DNA of 64,000 nucleotides. Source: a bacterium. GTDB taxonomy: Bacteria > Elusimicrobiota > Elusimicrobia > UBA1565 > UBA9628. Shown one piece after another: positions 18,356-28,006 of the stretch. The notes below the pieces were generated by a model. It was not told the DNA's origin, ran no database searches, and saw only the letters and a list, made by a program, of their open reading frames with translations. The stretch's first letter is position 1; each line of letters opens with the position of its first letter. The DNA lies in the NCBI GenBank assembly GCA_021810245.1, contig JAJZJF010000001.1, positions 5,582 through 69,581 on the forward strand. The letters are read 5' to 3'. The position numbers were made by a program, and so were the translations under genes.

Positions 18356-20652
18356 ATGAGTTCTCTCCAGTCCCTGCGCATTTTCCCCCCGGGAAAAACC
18401 GCGGGCAGGGCCGCGTTTAATTTTCCGATCAAATAATGCAGATGCCAAAAAAGTTCAAAATCTCCGCGTAAGGCTAATTCATTGCTGCCCGAAACTTCCT
18501 TCCCGAGCAGCCAGTCTTCCCAGGACCTGGGGCCATGGACATTGGCTTGAATCTGAGACGCAAAAGACCAAGCCGATGAAGTTTTCCATTTTTCATTCTC
18601 GAAAAAATCAGCCCATGCTTCAAGCTGTCGTAAAAAACCGGACAATTCTCCATCCCGCGCAAGAGACATCTTGGGAAAATTTCGAGAAACATCCGGATTC
18701 ATATGCCTGAAGCTAATGGCCGAAAAGCGATGCGAAATTTTCCACAAAGCGTCTGAAGCTTCTAAAACCGCCGCGGAATTAACATTGCTTTGGTATCCCT
18801 CTAATTTCACGTCGTCAGCGAGATTTACCAAATCGGCAAGAATTTGAGTCGCGCCATGCCCCTCAAAGCGAGAATTTTTCGCGGAATCGCCCGCTGAAGA
18901 TTCCTCTGCCATGTCCAAAATTCCATGAAGAAACCGCGATAGGAGAGCCGCGATTTGATCGCCTGCCCTCTGTGGCCAAAGAATTTTATAAATCAAAAGC
19001 GGAACGAGAATTCCGATAAAGATGGCGGAAATCCTCCAAAAGGGATCATAAATATTCAGCGGTTGGCCGAGGCCGACGAAAATAATGATAAAAACATCTC
19101 CTATTTGGCGTCCGGCATAGGCTATTTTTTCATGACTTTGTCCCGCATACCCCGCGATAAAAACGACAATAAAGGCCGTGATCATATAAGCTGGAAGGGT
19201 AGAAAAATTTGGCGTTATGACCGACATCAGAAAAAGGATGAGGAGTCCGCCGATGACGCTTCCTCCCAATCGAAGAAACATCCTGCGAATAGCCGTTCCA
19301 TAAGATTGAAACGCGACGGTGAATACCGTGACCGGCGCGACCCACAAGCGCGGGTCATGAGAAACAAAACCAAAAATAAAACAGATGACAACGGCAAGGG
19401 CCGTCTTGAGGCTGAAACGGAGCAAAACAGGGTCAAGCGGAGATTTGATCAGGGAAGACAAAGATAATTCTTGGAGCGCGGCATTGTTTGCCTCTTCAAT
19501 CGGCCGAGTTAGGATATGCGATAGTTCATGGAGGGATATGATGACTCCGCTCATCCTGGACAACCCCTCAGGATTCCCGGAAGTCCGTCTTTCAAGATGT
19601 TCAATTTCAGAAATAAAAATGCGCAAACGATCTCTCAAAGCCAAGCTTGACAGAGTCAGCCGCGAGGCTGCGGATTTTGAAAATATAAAAATATTATCCG
19701 CCGCTTCATTAACCGCCCCCACTGCGGCATGAATGACCCGCTTAACATCCGAATCTTCTTCTGAGTATCCAGCCTCTCCCGCCGCATTGATAAGGAGAGA
19801 AGCGAGACGTTCCATTTGAGAAAATATCTTTTCCGCGCGAACAATCTGACCAAGAAAAAAAGAGCTCTTTTGAGCGTCGCGAGCTTCTTGATTCACGCGC
19901 TCAAGAAGACGGAGATGAACCGAGATGTCGGACTCAACCGCGGATATAGGGCGAAACTCACCCGCTTTTTTAACTTCCCCAATCTCAATAGTTTGAAGAA
20001 GCCTCTTGCCTCCCCGGCGCAAACTATCAGAAAGAGATTCCAACAGGATGGGTTCGGCCGGGCTGGGCCATAAAAAGGCGTCAAAAAGAAAGAGCGTTAA
20101 AAATGCGATTGCATACCCCGCGAAAGTGTTGGCAGCTTGCAATCCAGCTTGGGATGGGCTGACGACCATGGTATAAAACGCTTCTAAAAAAATAAGTTGG
20201 AGAACAAATCCGCGCGCGCCAAGTCTTAAAGCGTTGACCGCGTAAACGGACGCGGCTGCTATAAGGCCAACAAATAAAAGCATCACTCCGGGAGCCTGGG
20301 CCATAAAGCCGGCCAGGGGAACCGATAAAGCCATGAGCCCAGCGGCGGCAAAAGCGAGAGTAAATGTTTGAGAAGGCCTCATCATTGGCCCGGGAGGCGC
20401 CACCAAGAGCCAAAACGCATACTGAGCAGTCCCGCTTTGAACGTGAAAAATCGCCATTAAGGCGGCGAAAACAGCGACCATAGCCGAGATCCTTAAGGCC
20501 GCTTTAAAGCGGCCGGGTCTGTAAGACAACTGCTCGGAAACGACAAAATCAATCGTTTCCCTTGATTGCCGCAGGCAACGCCTGAAACTCAATGCAAACG
20601 CAGTTCGCAGGCGACGCAAAAAAAATGTTTTTTTATGATTTGTGATAGCCAT
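18334..20652 (-). CDS. FUSC/ArAE-family inner-membrane efflux protein (AaeB-like, 772 aa)
   Basis: It has two clusters of multiple transmembrane segments separated by a cytoplasmic helical region. Its operon context with an HlyD gene and a DUF1656 gene matches the FUSC arrangement. Confidence 0.7.
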   Translation of the reverse strand: MAITNHKKTFFLRRLRTAFALSFRRCLRQSRETIDFVVSEQLSYRPGRFKAALRISAMVAVFAALMAIFHVQSGTAQYAFWLLVAPPGPMMRPSQTFTLAFAAAGLMALSVPLAGFMAQAPGVMLLFVGLIAAASVYAVNALRLGARGFVLQLIFLEAFYTMVVSPSQAGLQAANTFAGYAIAFLTLFLFDAFLWPSPAEPILLESLSDSLRRGGKRLLQTIEIGEVKKAGEFRPISAVESDISVHLRLLERVNQEARDAQKSSFFLGQIVRAEKIFSQMERLASLLINAAGEAGYSEEDSDVKRVIHAAVGAVNEAADNIFIFSKSAASRLTLSSLALRDRLRIFISEIEHLERRTSGNPEGLSRMSGVIISLHELSHILTRPIEEANNAALQELSLSSLIKSPLDPVLLRFSLKTALAVVICFIFGFVSHDPRLWVAPVTVFTVAFQSYGTAIRRMFLRLGGSVIGGLLILFLMSVITPNFSTLPAYMITAFIVVFIAGYAGQSHEKIAYAGRQIGDVFIIIFVGLGQPLNIYDPFWRISAIFIGILVPLLIYKILWPQRAGDQIAALLSRFLHGILDMAEESSAGDSAKNSRFEGHGATQILADLVNLADDVKLEGYQSNVNSAAVLEASDALWKISHRFSAISFRHMNPDVSRNFPKMSLARDGELSGFLRQLEAWADFFENEKWKTSSAWSFASQIQANVHGPRSWEDWLLGKEVSGSNELALRGDFELFWHLHYLIGKLNAALPAVFPGGKMRRDWRELIWNAQPV

Positions 20653-21508
20653 CTATAGTGACGACAGCGGTTTGCCCCATCCTCAATGGTTGAGCGGGGT
20701 GGCGTTCATCAATAATGACGCGAACAGGAAAGCGCTGAGATAAAATAACCCAATTAAGGGTCGGGCTAATATTAGGGACAAGATTTACGGGGGGCCGATC
20801 TCCTGGAACGTGAATTCCCCATGCCAGTCCCTCCACGTGCCCCCGAAAAGCTTGATGAGGGTAGCTTTGAACGTATATCTTGACCGCCATTCCTGGTTTT
20901 ATAAATCGGAGAAACTCTTCTCTATAATTGGCGAGAACATACCAGACCGAATCATCCACCAAGGTTAAAACCGGACGCCCCTCATTGGCATACTCATGAA
21001 GCGAAATATTAAGGTTAGTGACATATCCATCAAATGGAGCTCGGACTTTGCAATAAGAAACATCCAGTTTCGCGAGATCAACCGCGGCCTCATCCGCCTG
21101 AACCTGGGTGCGAGCCCGAATAACGTCATTGGGCGTGACAAAGCGCTTGGGAAGGAGTTTCTGAACCCTCTCAAGGTATTGCCTCGAATAGGCGAGATTC
21201 GCTTCTCTTCTGGCCAATTTCGCCGCATAGGGCCGCGCGTCTACAGTAAAAAGAACGCTTCCTTTTTTAACATATTGATTATCTACAATAGGCAATTCCA
21301 TAATCCAACCGCTCACATGCGGCGCCATGGATATGGTATTGGGGCGGACATAGGCGTCATAGGTGCGCGGGTAGAAGTAATAGAGATAAAAAACATATGA
21401 AAGCGCTCCTATCGCAAGAGCAATAGAGCCAAGACTAATAAGCGCCGCCAGCAAATGTCTGGGATTCTCTTTAACGCCGTTTTTCACCCTCGAAGAAATT
21501 GTTTCCAT
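20633..21508 (-). CDS. HlyD-family periplasmic adaptor (AaeA-like membrane fusion protein)
   Basis: An N-terminal TM anchor is followed by a coiled-coil and barrel-sandwich architecture (YVRPNTISMAPHVSGWIMEL...). It overlaps the FUSC gene. Confidence 0.75.
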   Translation of the reverse strand: METISSRVKNGVKENPRHLLAALISLGSIALAIGALSYVFYLYYFYPRTYDAYVRPNTISMAPHVSGWIMELPIVDNQYVKKGSVLFTVDARPYAAKLARREANLAYSRQYLERVQKLLPKRFVTPNDVIRARTQVQADEAAVDLAKLDVSYCKVRAPFDGYVTNLNISLHEYANEGRPVLTLVDDSVWYVLANYREEFLRFIKPGMAVKIYVQSYPHQAFRGHVEGLAWGIHVPGDRPPVNLVPNISPTLNWVILSQRFPVRVIIDERHPAQPLRMGQTAVVTIDGYHKS

Positions 21509-21511
21509 ATC

Positions 21512-21772
21512 TTATCGAAAAAAAAGAATATAGCTCAGGCAAGCTATAAAAACCGCAATGGAAGGATAAACAAGAGCGCGCGGCCACAACAAATCCTCAA
21601 CCCTTAAGGCAATAAATAGGGGGCGGCAAAGGAAGGAAAGAAACGCTCCTAGGATAGGACAAAACAACCAGCAGGGGAAGAAAGCCCCTCCGATTTGAAT
21701 CAGAGGATCGCATCCAGAAACAAAAACAAGAACGGCGGAGAGAGACGCGAATAAGAGTAAGCCCTTGCGCAT
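21512..21772 (-). CDS. DUF1656 small membrane protein (AaeX-like)
   Basis: GGAFFPCWLF...WPRALVYPSIAVFIACLSYILF resembles the AaeX pattern. An AAGGAGG RBS precedes MRKGLLL, and the ORF track start at 21802 is an over-extension. Confidence 0.6.
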   Translation of the reverse strand: MRKGLLLFASLSAVLVFVSGCDPLIQIGGAFFPCWLFCPILGAFLSFLCRPLFIALRVEDLLWPRALVYPSIAVFIACLSYILFFR

Positions 21773-21785
21773 GACAACCTCCTTT

Positions 21786-21812
21786 TTAAAAAAACCTACC
21801 ATCTCTGGTAGG
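21786..21812 (-). terminator. Rho-independent terminator for the upstream minus-strand gene
   Basis: On the minus strand a perfect hairpin cctacca-gaga-tggtagg is followed by TTTTTTT, just upstream of the aaeX-like RBS. Confidence 0.6.
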
Positions 21813-21979
21813 AGTTATTATCCCTTACAATCCAGGGAGGTTGCGGCGAACTCCATCGCCTATCCTTTTATTATAGCAAATCCATCAAAATATATTTCTC
21901 TTTTCCCGAAAAATTTGCCGCATTAAAATCATTGAAAGAGCCCGCCGAGCGAAAATTTCACCCGGCGTCTTCTCTTCTT

Positions 21980-22780
21980 TTATTTCCCGCAAAGCTCCAA
22001 AGAAAAGCCTTTGAGGGCGGTAAATTGATCGAACTGGGCAGTGGGCGCCGCTGTTTCGCGAAAAGACGCCAACGTCCTGGGAGAAGGGGCAAAATCTCCC
22101 CCGCAAACAACCGTCAGATACCTGTCGAGGATAAAGTTGACGTCTTTTTCCTCTTCTTCGGACAAGGCGCCGATTTTCGCGATATCGCTTCCCAACTGAT
22201 CGGCGCCCGCGCCATTGGGAATATAAAATTGGCGCGACCACCTTCTCCTGGAAGGGAAATTGGTGTGGATAAAGAAAATGTCCGCAGCGAGCCTATTGCG
22301 AATTTGTAGGGCCTGGGTCAAATTCAAGGATTGGTATATTCCAGGCTCTTGCGAGTCCCCGCTTCCCAACATTGCGGCGGTGAAGAGTTTTAAGGCTCGT
22401 AACCGCGTCACATATTTTCCATAGTCCTGTCGAAACTGGTTTTCAGCATTCAAGCATTCAAGACCCTTTTCGCTTGAAACTTCCGGATTATCTTGACATC
22501 CCAGTCTCACGCCTACACCTAAATCGTCAAAAACCCGTCCCAGATGTTTGACGAGTTCATGATTGAGCACGTCCATCCGCGAAATCAAAGAATCAACAGC
22601 GTCGCCTTGAACTAAAGCCGCGGGAGGGGCGAGCTTCGATGATGCCGCCGCCTTTTTGATCGCCGGCATGGAGGGCATCGCGAACTTCTGGGCCGCGAGG
22701 GTTTCAAAGTCTCCCGCGCGAACGCAACTCGCAGCCAACAATAACGCAGGGAGAGTTCCGGCCAACTTCTTGATTTTCAT
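21980..22780 (-). CDS. Secreted hypothetical protein (signal peptide MKIKKLAGTLPALLLAASCVRA)
   Basis: The ORF has a signal peptide. I found no recognisable domain. Confidence 0.5.
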   Translation of the reverse strand: MKIKKLAGTLPALLLAASCVRAGDFETLAAQKFAMPSMPAIKKAAASSKLAPPAALVQGDAVDSLISRMDVLNHELVKHLGRVFDDLGVGVRLGCQDNPEVSSEKGLECLNAENQFRQDYGKYVTRLRALKLFTAAMLGSGDSQEPGIYQSLNLTQALQIRNRLAADIFFIHTNFPSRRRWSRQFYIPNGAGADQLGSDIAKIGALSEEEEKDVNFILDRYLTVVCGGDFAPSPRTLASFRETAAPTAQFDQFTALKGFSLELCGK

Positions 22781-22924
22781 TTTCGTTTACCTCGTTTTAG
22801 ACTTTTTCCGACGCTTGACTTCCGCGCCATCCTCCCATCATAGCACGCCGCGGGAAAATCCGCATGGGTCCAAAGGCCCAGATGAGTTCCGGCAAAAGAC
22901 CCAAACCCAGCCGCGAATTTTATT

Positions 22925-22958
22925 GACACTTGCCCGCATAATTATTAATCTAATATCC
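22925..22958 (+). promoter_or_regulatory. Candidate sigma70-like promoter (TTGACA-N17-TAATCT) upstream of the PEGA lipoprotein gene
   Basis: ttgacacttgcccgcataattattaatct, about 60 nt upstream of the ATG at 23018. Confidence 0.3.
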
Positions 22959-23017
22959 AACGCGGGGGAATTAAACCTCCCGCGGCGAAGGCAAAATAAA
23001 AGGGAAAAGGAGAATCC

Positions 23018-23641
23018 ATGTCAACAAAGACTGCATTAATGGCAGTTGCACTTGTAGGGCTAACGGCTGGTTGCGCCTCAATCATGTCTGGAAGCAACCA
23101 GGAAGTAACTTTCAATTCCAGTCCTGATGGGGCCACGGTGGCGATAGATGGCAGGGTAATTGGCAAAACTCCAATTACGACAATGTTAAAAAAGAAATCA
23201 GGCCAAACACTTACCTTCTCCAAAAATGATTATATGCCTTTGACAATGCAACTAGAAACGCAAATTGATGGCTGGTTTTGGGGAAATATCGTGATTGGCG
23301 GATTATTTGGATCGACTACCGATGGATTATCTGGAGCGGTAAACGAATATTCCCCAAACCAATATATGGTCACACTCCAGCCATCTGGAAGTACCTCATT
23401 AGAGCGCAACACGTCTCTGTCATCCGATCAAAAGATAAAGAATTTTATCATTGTTGGATACAACAATATTATGACAGACCTGAGTCAGGGGAAGGGCAAT
23501 TATCTAGCATCCTTATTTGATCTTCTGCATATTCCATCGAACAAACGAGCAAAAGCGGTGAAGAAACTAAAGGCACTTTCCGAGGTCTACACGTCCATTC
23601 CTGAATTTGCAGATCATGTTATCAAAATCTATTCAAAATGA
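23018..23641 (+). CDS. PEGA-domain lipoprotein
   Basis: A lipobox LTAGC is present, and the PEGA-like stretch is VTFNSSPDGATVAIDGRVIGKTPIT. Confidence 0.6.
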   Translation: MSTKTALMAVALVGLTAGCASIMSGSNQEVTFNSSPDGATVAIDGRVIGKTPITTMLKKKSGQTLTFSKNDYMPLTMQLETQIDGWFWGNIVIGGLFGSTTDGLSGAVNEYSPNQYMVTLQPSGSTSLERNTSLSSDQKIKNFIIVGYNNIMTDLSQGKGNYLASLFDLLHIPSNKRAKAVKKLKALSEVYTSIPEFADHVIKIYSK

Positions 23642-23656
23642 GCCACAAGTCAACTA

Positions 23657-25525
23657 ATGTTGTCGCTCACTATATTGCTCTTAATCGCATCAAATGGATT
23701 CGCACAACCTACTACTAAGCTAAGCGACCAAGATAAGTTCGTCATACAAGCTCGTAATGAAAAATTAGCCAAACGCCGCCTGTGGCGGCTTCTCCTCCAT
23801 TACCGCTCGGGACCCTTTGGCTTAGAGAGCGAAGCCTCTAGCCCGAGTTTCTTTCTCGCCTCAGATGGAAGGCGAAACCCCGAAGCGGAAATTGAGGCCG
23901 ATATCGCGGCCATGTTCGGCCCCGGAACCCAGAACCGCGAAAAAATCATTTGCCGCTTCCCGGCGCGCTACGCTTGGCTTAAATCAAAACTCGAGATCAA
24001 GACCGCCGCTGTCTCTTGCCCCGCTTTTGAGGCTTGGAAAAAAGGGGTCTTCGCTCCATCAATCAGCTTGATTTTCGCCTCGGCTTACCTTGGAAATCCC
24101 GCCTCTTTATACGGCCATACCTTTTTCCGATTAAATCGCAACCCATCGCACCCTCTCCTTGACCCCGCCATTAATTTCGCGGCCCACCCGCACACAAAAA
24201 ACGGAATCTTATTCGCTTTGGGCGGTCTCCTCGGCTTTTTCCCGGGACGCTACTCCGCATTGCCTTACTATATCAAGGTCCAACAATATGGAGATTTTGA
24301 AAATCGCGATCTTTGGGAGTATCAGCTTAATCTTGATTCCGCCGCCATCAACAGGCTCTTGACCCATCTATGGGAATTAAACGGGGTAGGCTTCCCTTAT
24401 TACTTCTTCAACAAAAATTGCTCCTATCAAATCCTGGAGCTCATCGAAGTCGCCGATCCACGCGTACATTTAATTGACCACTGGCCGCTGTATGTGATTC
24501 CGGCCGACACGATCCGTGCCATCAAAAAAGCGGGGCTCGTTGAGAAAGAAACATATGAGCCGTCCATTCTCACTCAAATTATCAGCCGCAGGAATCATTT
24601 GCGCCCAAAAGAAATTCGTCTGATTTCGCGCCTTATTCAATCGCCCAAGGCCGCGCTCAAAACGCTTAAGACCCTGCCGCCCAAACGGCAGGCCCGCATT
24701 CTCGATTTGGCCGGAGAGTATCTCCAATATCAAACGGATTACCGAAAGAAAAAAGAAGACGCCTCAAAAAATGTCCGCTATCAGCTTTTATCGGCGCGCG
24801 CGGAATTGGGGATTTCCTCTCCTTCGGATCAAATTCCCGTTCCGGTTCCTCCTGAAGACGGACACCCGAGCGCTCGCATGAGCTTCGGCCAAAGCGCGGG
24901 AAGCACCAATTTCACTGAATTTGACTGGCGGCCAGGGCTTCATGATCTTCTCGATCCGCCGGAGGGATACAATTCAAATGGTGAATTGGCGATGATGAAT
25001 CTCGATCTGCGCCGCGATCTTAGGACCGGACGCGCCTATCTCCACGATCTCGATCTCGTTAAAATACTCGCCGTTCCGCCGTTTGACCCCATCGCGAGGA
25101 AACCCTCTTGGGATTTTAATTTCGGAGTCAAAACCGCCGATGAACTCGCCCCCAAGGACCCTTGGAACGCGAACTATTTTGGCGGGCGCCTAGGCGGCGG
25201 ATATTCCCTTAGTATGCCGCTTGTCCCCTGGAAAGAGACTAATTACGCCCTTTTGGACGCCGACGCGGGAACGGGACAGATTTTTAGGAATTTATATCGC
25301 CTCGGAGGCGGGACGAGAATCGGGACCGTGGCGTATTTGACGCCGCATTGGCGCCTGCGGCTGGAGGGATTTGCCTTCGGCTATTTTCTGGGAGATACCC
25401 GGCCCGATATCGGAGCGTGCGCGGAAAGTCAATACGATCTGACGAAATCCGTCTCTCTTCGCCTCAACGCCGAGAGAAACGGGGCCGACCAGCAAGCGGG
25501 CCTTAATTTTTTAATATATTATTGA
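23657..25525 (+). CDS. DUF4105 (Lnb-like) domain protein, secreted
   Basis: A signal peptide is present, and YGHTFFRLN resembles the DUF4105 signature. Confidence 0.45.
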   Translation: MLSLTILLLIASNGFAQPTTKLSDQDKFVIQARNEKLAKRRLWRLLLHYRSGPFGLESEASSPSFFLASDGRRNPEAEIEADIAAMFGPGTQNREKIICRFPARYAWLKSKLEIKTAAVSCPAFEAWKKGVFAPSISLIFASAYLGNPASLYGHTFFRLNRNPSHPLLDPAINFAAHPHTKNGILFALGGLLGFFPGRYSALPYYIKVQQYGDFENRDLWEYQLNLDSAAINRLLTHLWELNGVGFPYYFFNKNCSYQILELIEVADPRVHLIDHWPLYVIPADTIRAIKKAGLVEKETYEPSILTQIISRRNHLRPKEIRLISRLIQSPKAALKTLKTLPPKRQARILDLAGEYLQYQTDYRKKKEDASKNVRYQLLSARAELGISSPSDQIPVPVPPEDGHPSARMSFGQSAGSTNFTEFDWRPGLHDLLDPPEGYNSNGELAMMNLDLRRDLRTGRAYLHDLDLVKILAVPPFDPIARKPSWDFNFGVKTADELAPKDPWNANYFGGRLGGGYSLSMPLVPWKETNYALLDADAGTGQIFRNLYRLGGGTRIGTVAYLTPHWRLRLEGFAFGYFLGDTRPDIGACAESQYDLTKSVSLRLNAERNGADQQAGLNFLIYY

Positions 25526-25555
25526 GCCCTTGGTTTGGTAGAATAAGACAATCCC

Positions 25556-27079
25556 ATGAAACTGACAATCGCTGTTCTTTCTTTATTGGCTCCGCTTTCC
25601 GCCTTCGCCCAAGGAGTAGCGGTCTCAACGCCCACCGCGCCCGCCCGTCCCCTGACAGTCGCGATTTCAAGCTCCACCCAAGCCCAAACCCAGACTCAAA
25701 TTGTTTCGACTCGCACGCTGAACACGTCTTTGGCCTCGCCGGCGACTCCTAAAATTTCCTCATCAACCGCCATTATCCGGGCTCCCGCAATATCCTCCTC
25801 AACCGCGCAAAAGCAGGTTTCCCAACCCGCCCCCACTCCTTTAGATGGGATTTCCCAGGCAAAACTGGATTACCAAGAGGGAATTATCGATTTCAAAAAC
25901 GGACAAGACAGCGCCGGGCGGGAAAAAATGGCGGACGCCTTTAGCATCGTCATCTCCCGCTTTCGCGAGCCGGGCCTGCCAAGAATTCTCGCGCCCGACT
26001 TCGATCGAATGCTGAAAAAAATACGAGTTTCCATTACTTCCAATACCGAGCACATCGCCATTAATCCCAATGACCCGAAAGTTCAGCAGATGATTCAGCT
26101 TTATCTGCGCCGTCCAAAAGCGACCGAGGCGGCCCTGTCGCGCTCCGGAATGTATCGAGACATGATTATGTCGGCGCTCAAGAAAAAAGGCCTGCCGCCG
26201 GAACTGTTCTATTTAGTCATGGCGGAAAGCGAATTTAAAGACGATGCCCTAAGCCGCTCGGGCGCTGCGGGCCTGTGGCAATTCATGCCGGGCACCGCGG
26301 TTAAATACGGCCTTAAGGTCAGCTACTGGGAAGACGATCGCTATGTTCCCGAGAAAGAAACCATGGCCGCCATCCATTATCTTTCGGATCTTCGCCGTTG
26401 GTTTGGCGATTGGGCCCTGGCTTTAGCCGCTTATAACCGCGGAGAAGGCGGCTTGGGCTATGAAATGAAGATGAGCCGCTCTCTTAATTTCGGCTCCCTT
26501 TCATCCCGCGGGGCTCTGCCGACCCAAACGAATTTCTATGTCCCTAAGTTCGAGGCCTGCGTTTTGATTGGAGAAAACCCCGAGAAATATGGTTTTCACC
26601 CTCAGTATGCCGCTCCGGGGTCCTTTGATACCGTCACCATTCCGCACGCTCTCGATTTGGGAATAGCGGCGCGCTGCGCTCAAACGAGCGAAAGCGTCTT
26701 GCGCCAATTAAACCCGGAGCTTCGCGCCTGGTGCACGCCGGAAAAAAAATCCGGATTTAAGCTTAAAATCCCCAAAGGCTCCGCGAAAAATTTTGAGGCG
26801 GCCTTGGCCCAAGTCAAGGATTGGAATCCTGGACCGACGATGCTCCGCTACCGAATCAGAAGGGGCGATATTCTCGGAAAGATTGCGCGACGATACCACA
26901 CCACCATTTCAAGCCTCATTAAAATCAACCACATCCGCAGCGTAAGAACCCTCAAGCCTGGGCGCATTATTTTAATCCGGCCGGGAATACGCCGCGTTCA
27001 CATACGCCGATTGGCCCGCCGAAAACGCTGGCAATCCCGCGTCTCTCGCTCAAAGAAAAGAAAAAGGGTTCGTGGTTGA
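25556..27079 (+). CDS. Membrane-bound lytic murein transglycosylase (SLT domain plus C-terminal LysM), MltD-like
   Basis: SLT catalytic region AESEFKDDALSRSGAAGLWQFMPGTA...AYNRGEGG. The LysM is YRIRRGDILGKIARRYHTTISSLIKIN. Confidence 0.8.
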   Translation: MKLTIAVLSLLAPLSAFAQGVAVSTPTAPARPLTVAISSSTQAQTQTQIVSTRTLNTSLASPATPKISSSTAIIRAPAISSSTAQKQVSQPAPTPLDGISQAKLDYQEGIIDFKNGQDSAGREKMADAFSIVISRFREPGLPRILAPDFDRMLKKIRVSITSNTEHIAINPNDPKVQQMIQLYLRRPKATEAALSRSGMYRDMIMSALKKKGLPPELFYLVMAESEFKDDALSRSGAAGLWQFMPGTAVKYGLKVSYWEDDRYVPEKETMAAIHYLSDLRRWFGDWALALAAYNRGEGGLGYEMKMSRSLNFGSLSSRGALPTQTNFYVPKFEACVLIGENPEKYGFHPQYAAPGSFDTVTIPHALDLGIAARCAQTSESVLRQLNPELRAWCTPEKKSGFKLKIPKGSAKNFEAALAQVKDWNPGPTMLRYRIRRGDILGKIARRYHTTISSLIKINHIRSVRTLKPGRIILIRPGIRRVHIRRLARRKRWQSRVSRSKKRKRVRG

Positions 27080-27942
27080 ATGCTCATCGCTTTAATTGCG
27101 CGCGCCTCTACAGTTTAATTCTGGGGCTGGTCTTTCCATTTCTTTCCGGATGCACGCATGATTTCTTTTTTCCAACTCACCGCCTCTACCGCCGCCCAGA
27201 AACGCTAGGAATCAACTCCGAGTGGTTTAAATTTCCATCCAAAGATGGAACCGCCATCACCGGACTCTTAATGAAAACATCCCAGCCAAAAGCCAAGGGA
27301 ATTTTGGTTCAGTTCCACGGCAACGGAGAGAACATGACTTCTCACTTTATGTTCTCTTATTGGCTACCCGCCCAAGGCTATGACGTGCTGATTTTCGATT
27401 ATCGCGGATACGGAGCGTCGGCGGGAAAGCCCTCGGTCAAAGGCGCCATTAAAGACGGAGAAGCGGCCATTGACTATGTTTTAAAGCGCCGTGATTTGCC
27501 TTCTGACGTTTTTATCTGGGGGCAAAGCCTGGGCGGAGCCATTAGCATCGCTTCTCTGGCCCTGGGGCGCTTTCAAAACCCGCGCATTAAGGCCCTCATC
27601 ATCGAAAACTCTTTTGACTCTTATCAGGATATGGCCGAAGCCGCGTTGGGGCGCTCATGGATAACCCGGCTTTTCCGGTGGCCGCTTTCAAGGCTGTTTA
27701 TCTCCGACCGCTACGCGCCCCTTCGCTACGCGCGCCAATTGCCGCATATTCCGATTCTGGTGATTGCCTCCACTAAAGATACGATTGTTCCATTTCGATT
27801 GGAAAAAAAACTTTTTGAGGAACTCCCGCAGCCAAAGACCCTATGGATCGTTTCCGGGGGAGATCATTTGTCGGCCTTTACGCGATTTGGAGACTCCTTT
27901 AAGCCTAAACTCCTTGAATTTCTCAGCGAACGCCGCCATTAA
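27076..27942 (+). CDS. Alpha/beta hydrolase (lipoprotein)
   Basis: GxSxG nucleophile elbow WGQSLGGA, with a lipobox-like N-terminus FLSGC. Confidence 0.65.
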   Translation: MNAHRFNCARLYSLILGLVFPFLSGCTHDFFFPTHRLYRRPETLGINSEWFKFPSKDGTAITGLLMKTSQPKAKGILVQFHGNGENMTSHFMFSYWLPAQGYDVLIFDYRGYGASAGKPSVKGAIKDGEAAIDYVLKRRDLPSDVFIWGQSLGGAISIASLALGRFQNPRIKALIIENSFDSYQDMAEAALGRSWITRLFRWPLSRLFISDRYAPLRYARQLPHIPILVIASTKDTIVPFRLEKKLFEELPQPKTLWIVSGGDHLSAFTRFGDSFKPKLLEFLSERRH

Positions 27943-28006
27943 AATCTATAAACCGTCTTGAGAAGGGAAATAGATTTAGTAGAATGAAGTGTTCCCCTAT
28001 TCAACG

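Noticed and set aside
18955-19467. 170-aa plus-strand ORF and other antisense ORFs inside the FUSC, TolC, HsdR and HsdM genes
   Set aside because: They lie entirely antisense to well-supported genes. They show low-complexity, basic composition typical of shadow ORFs.
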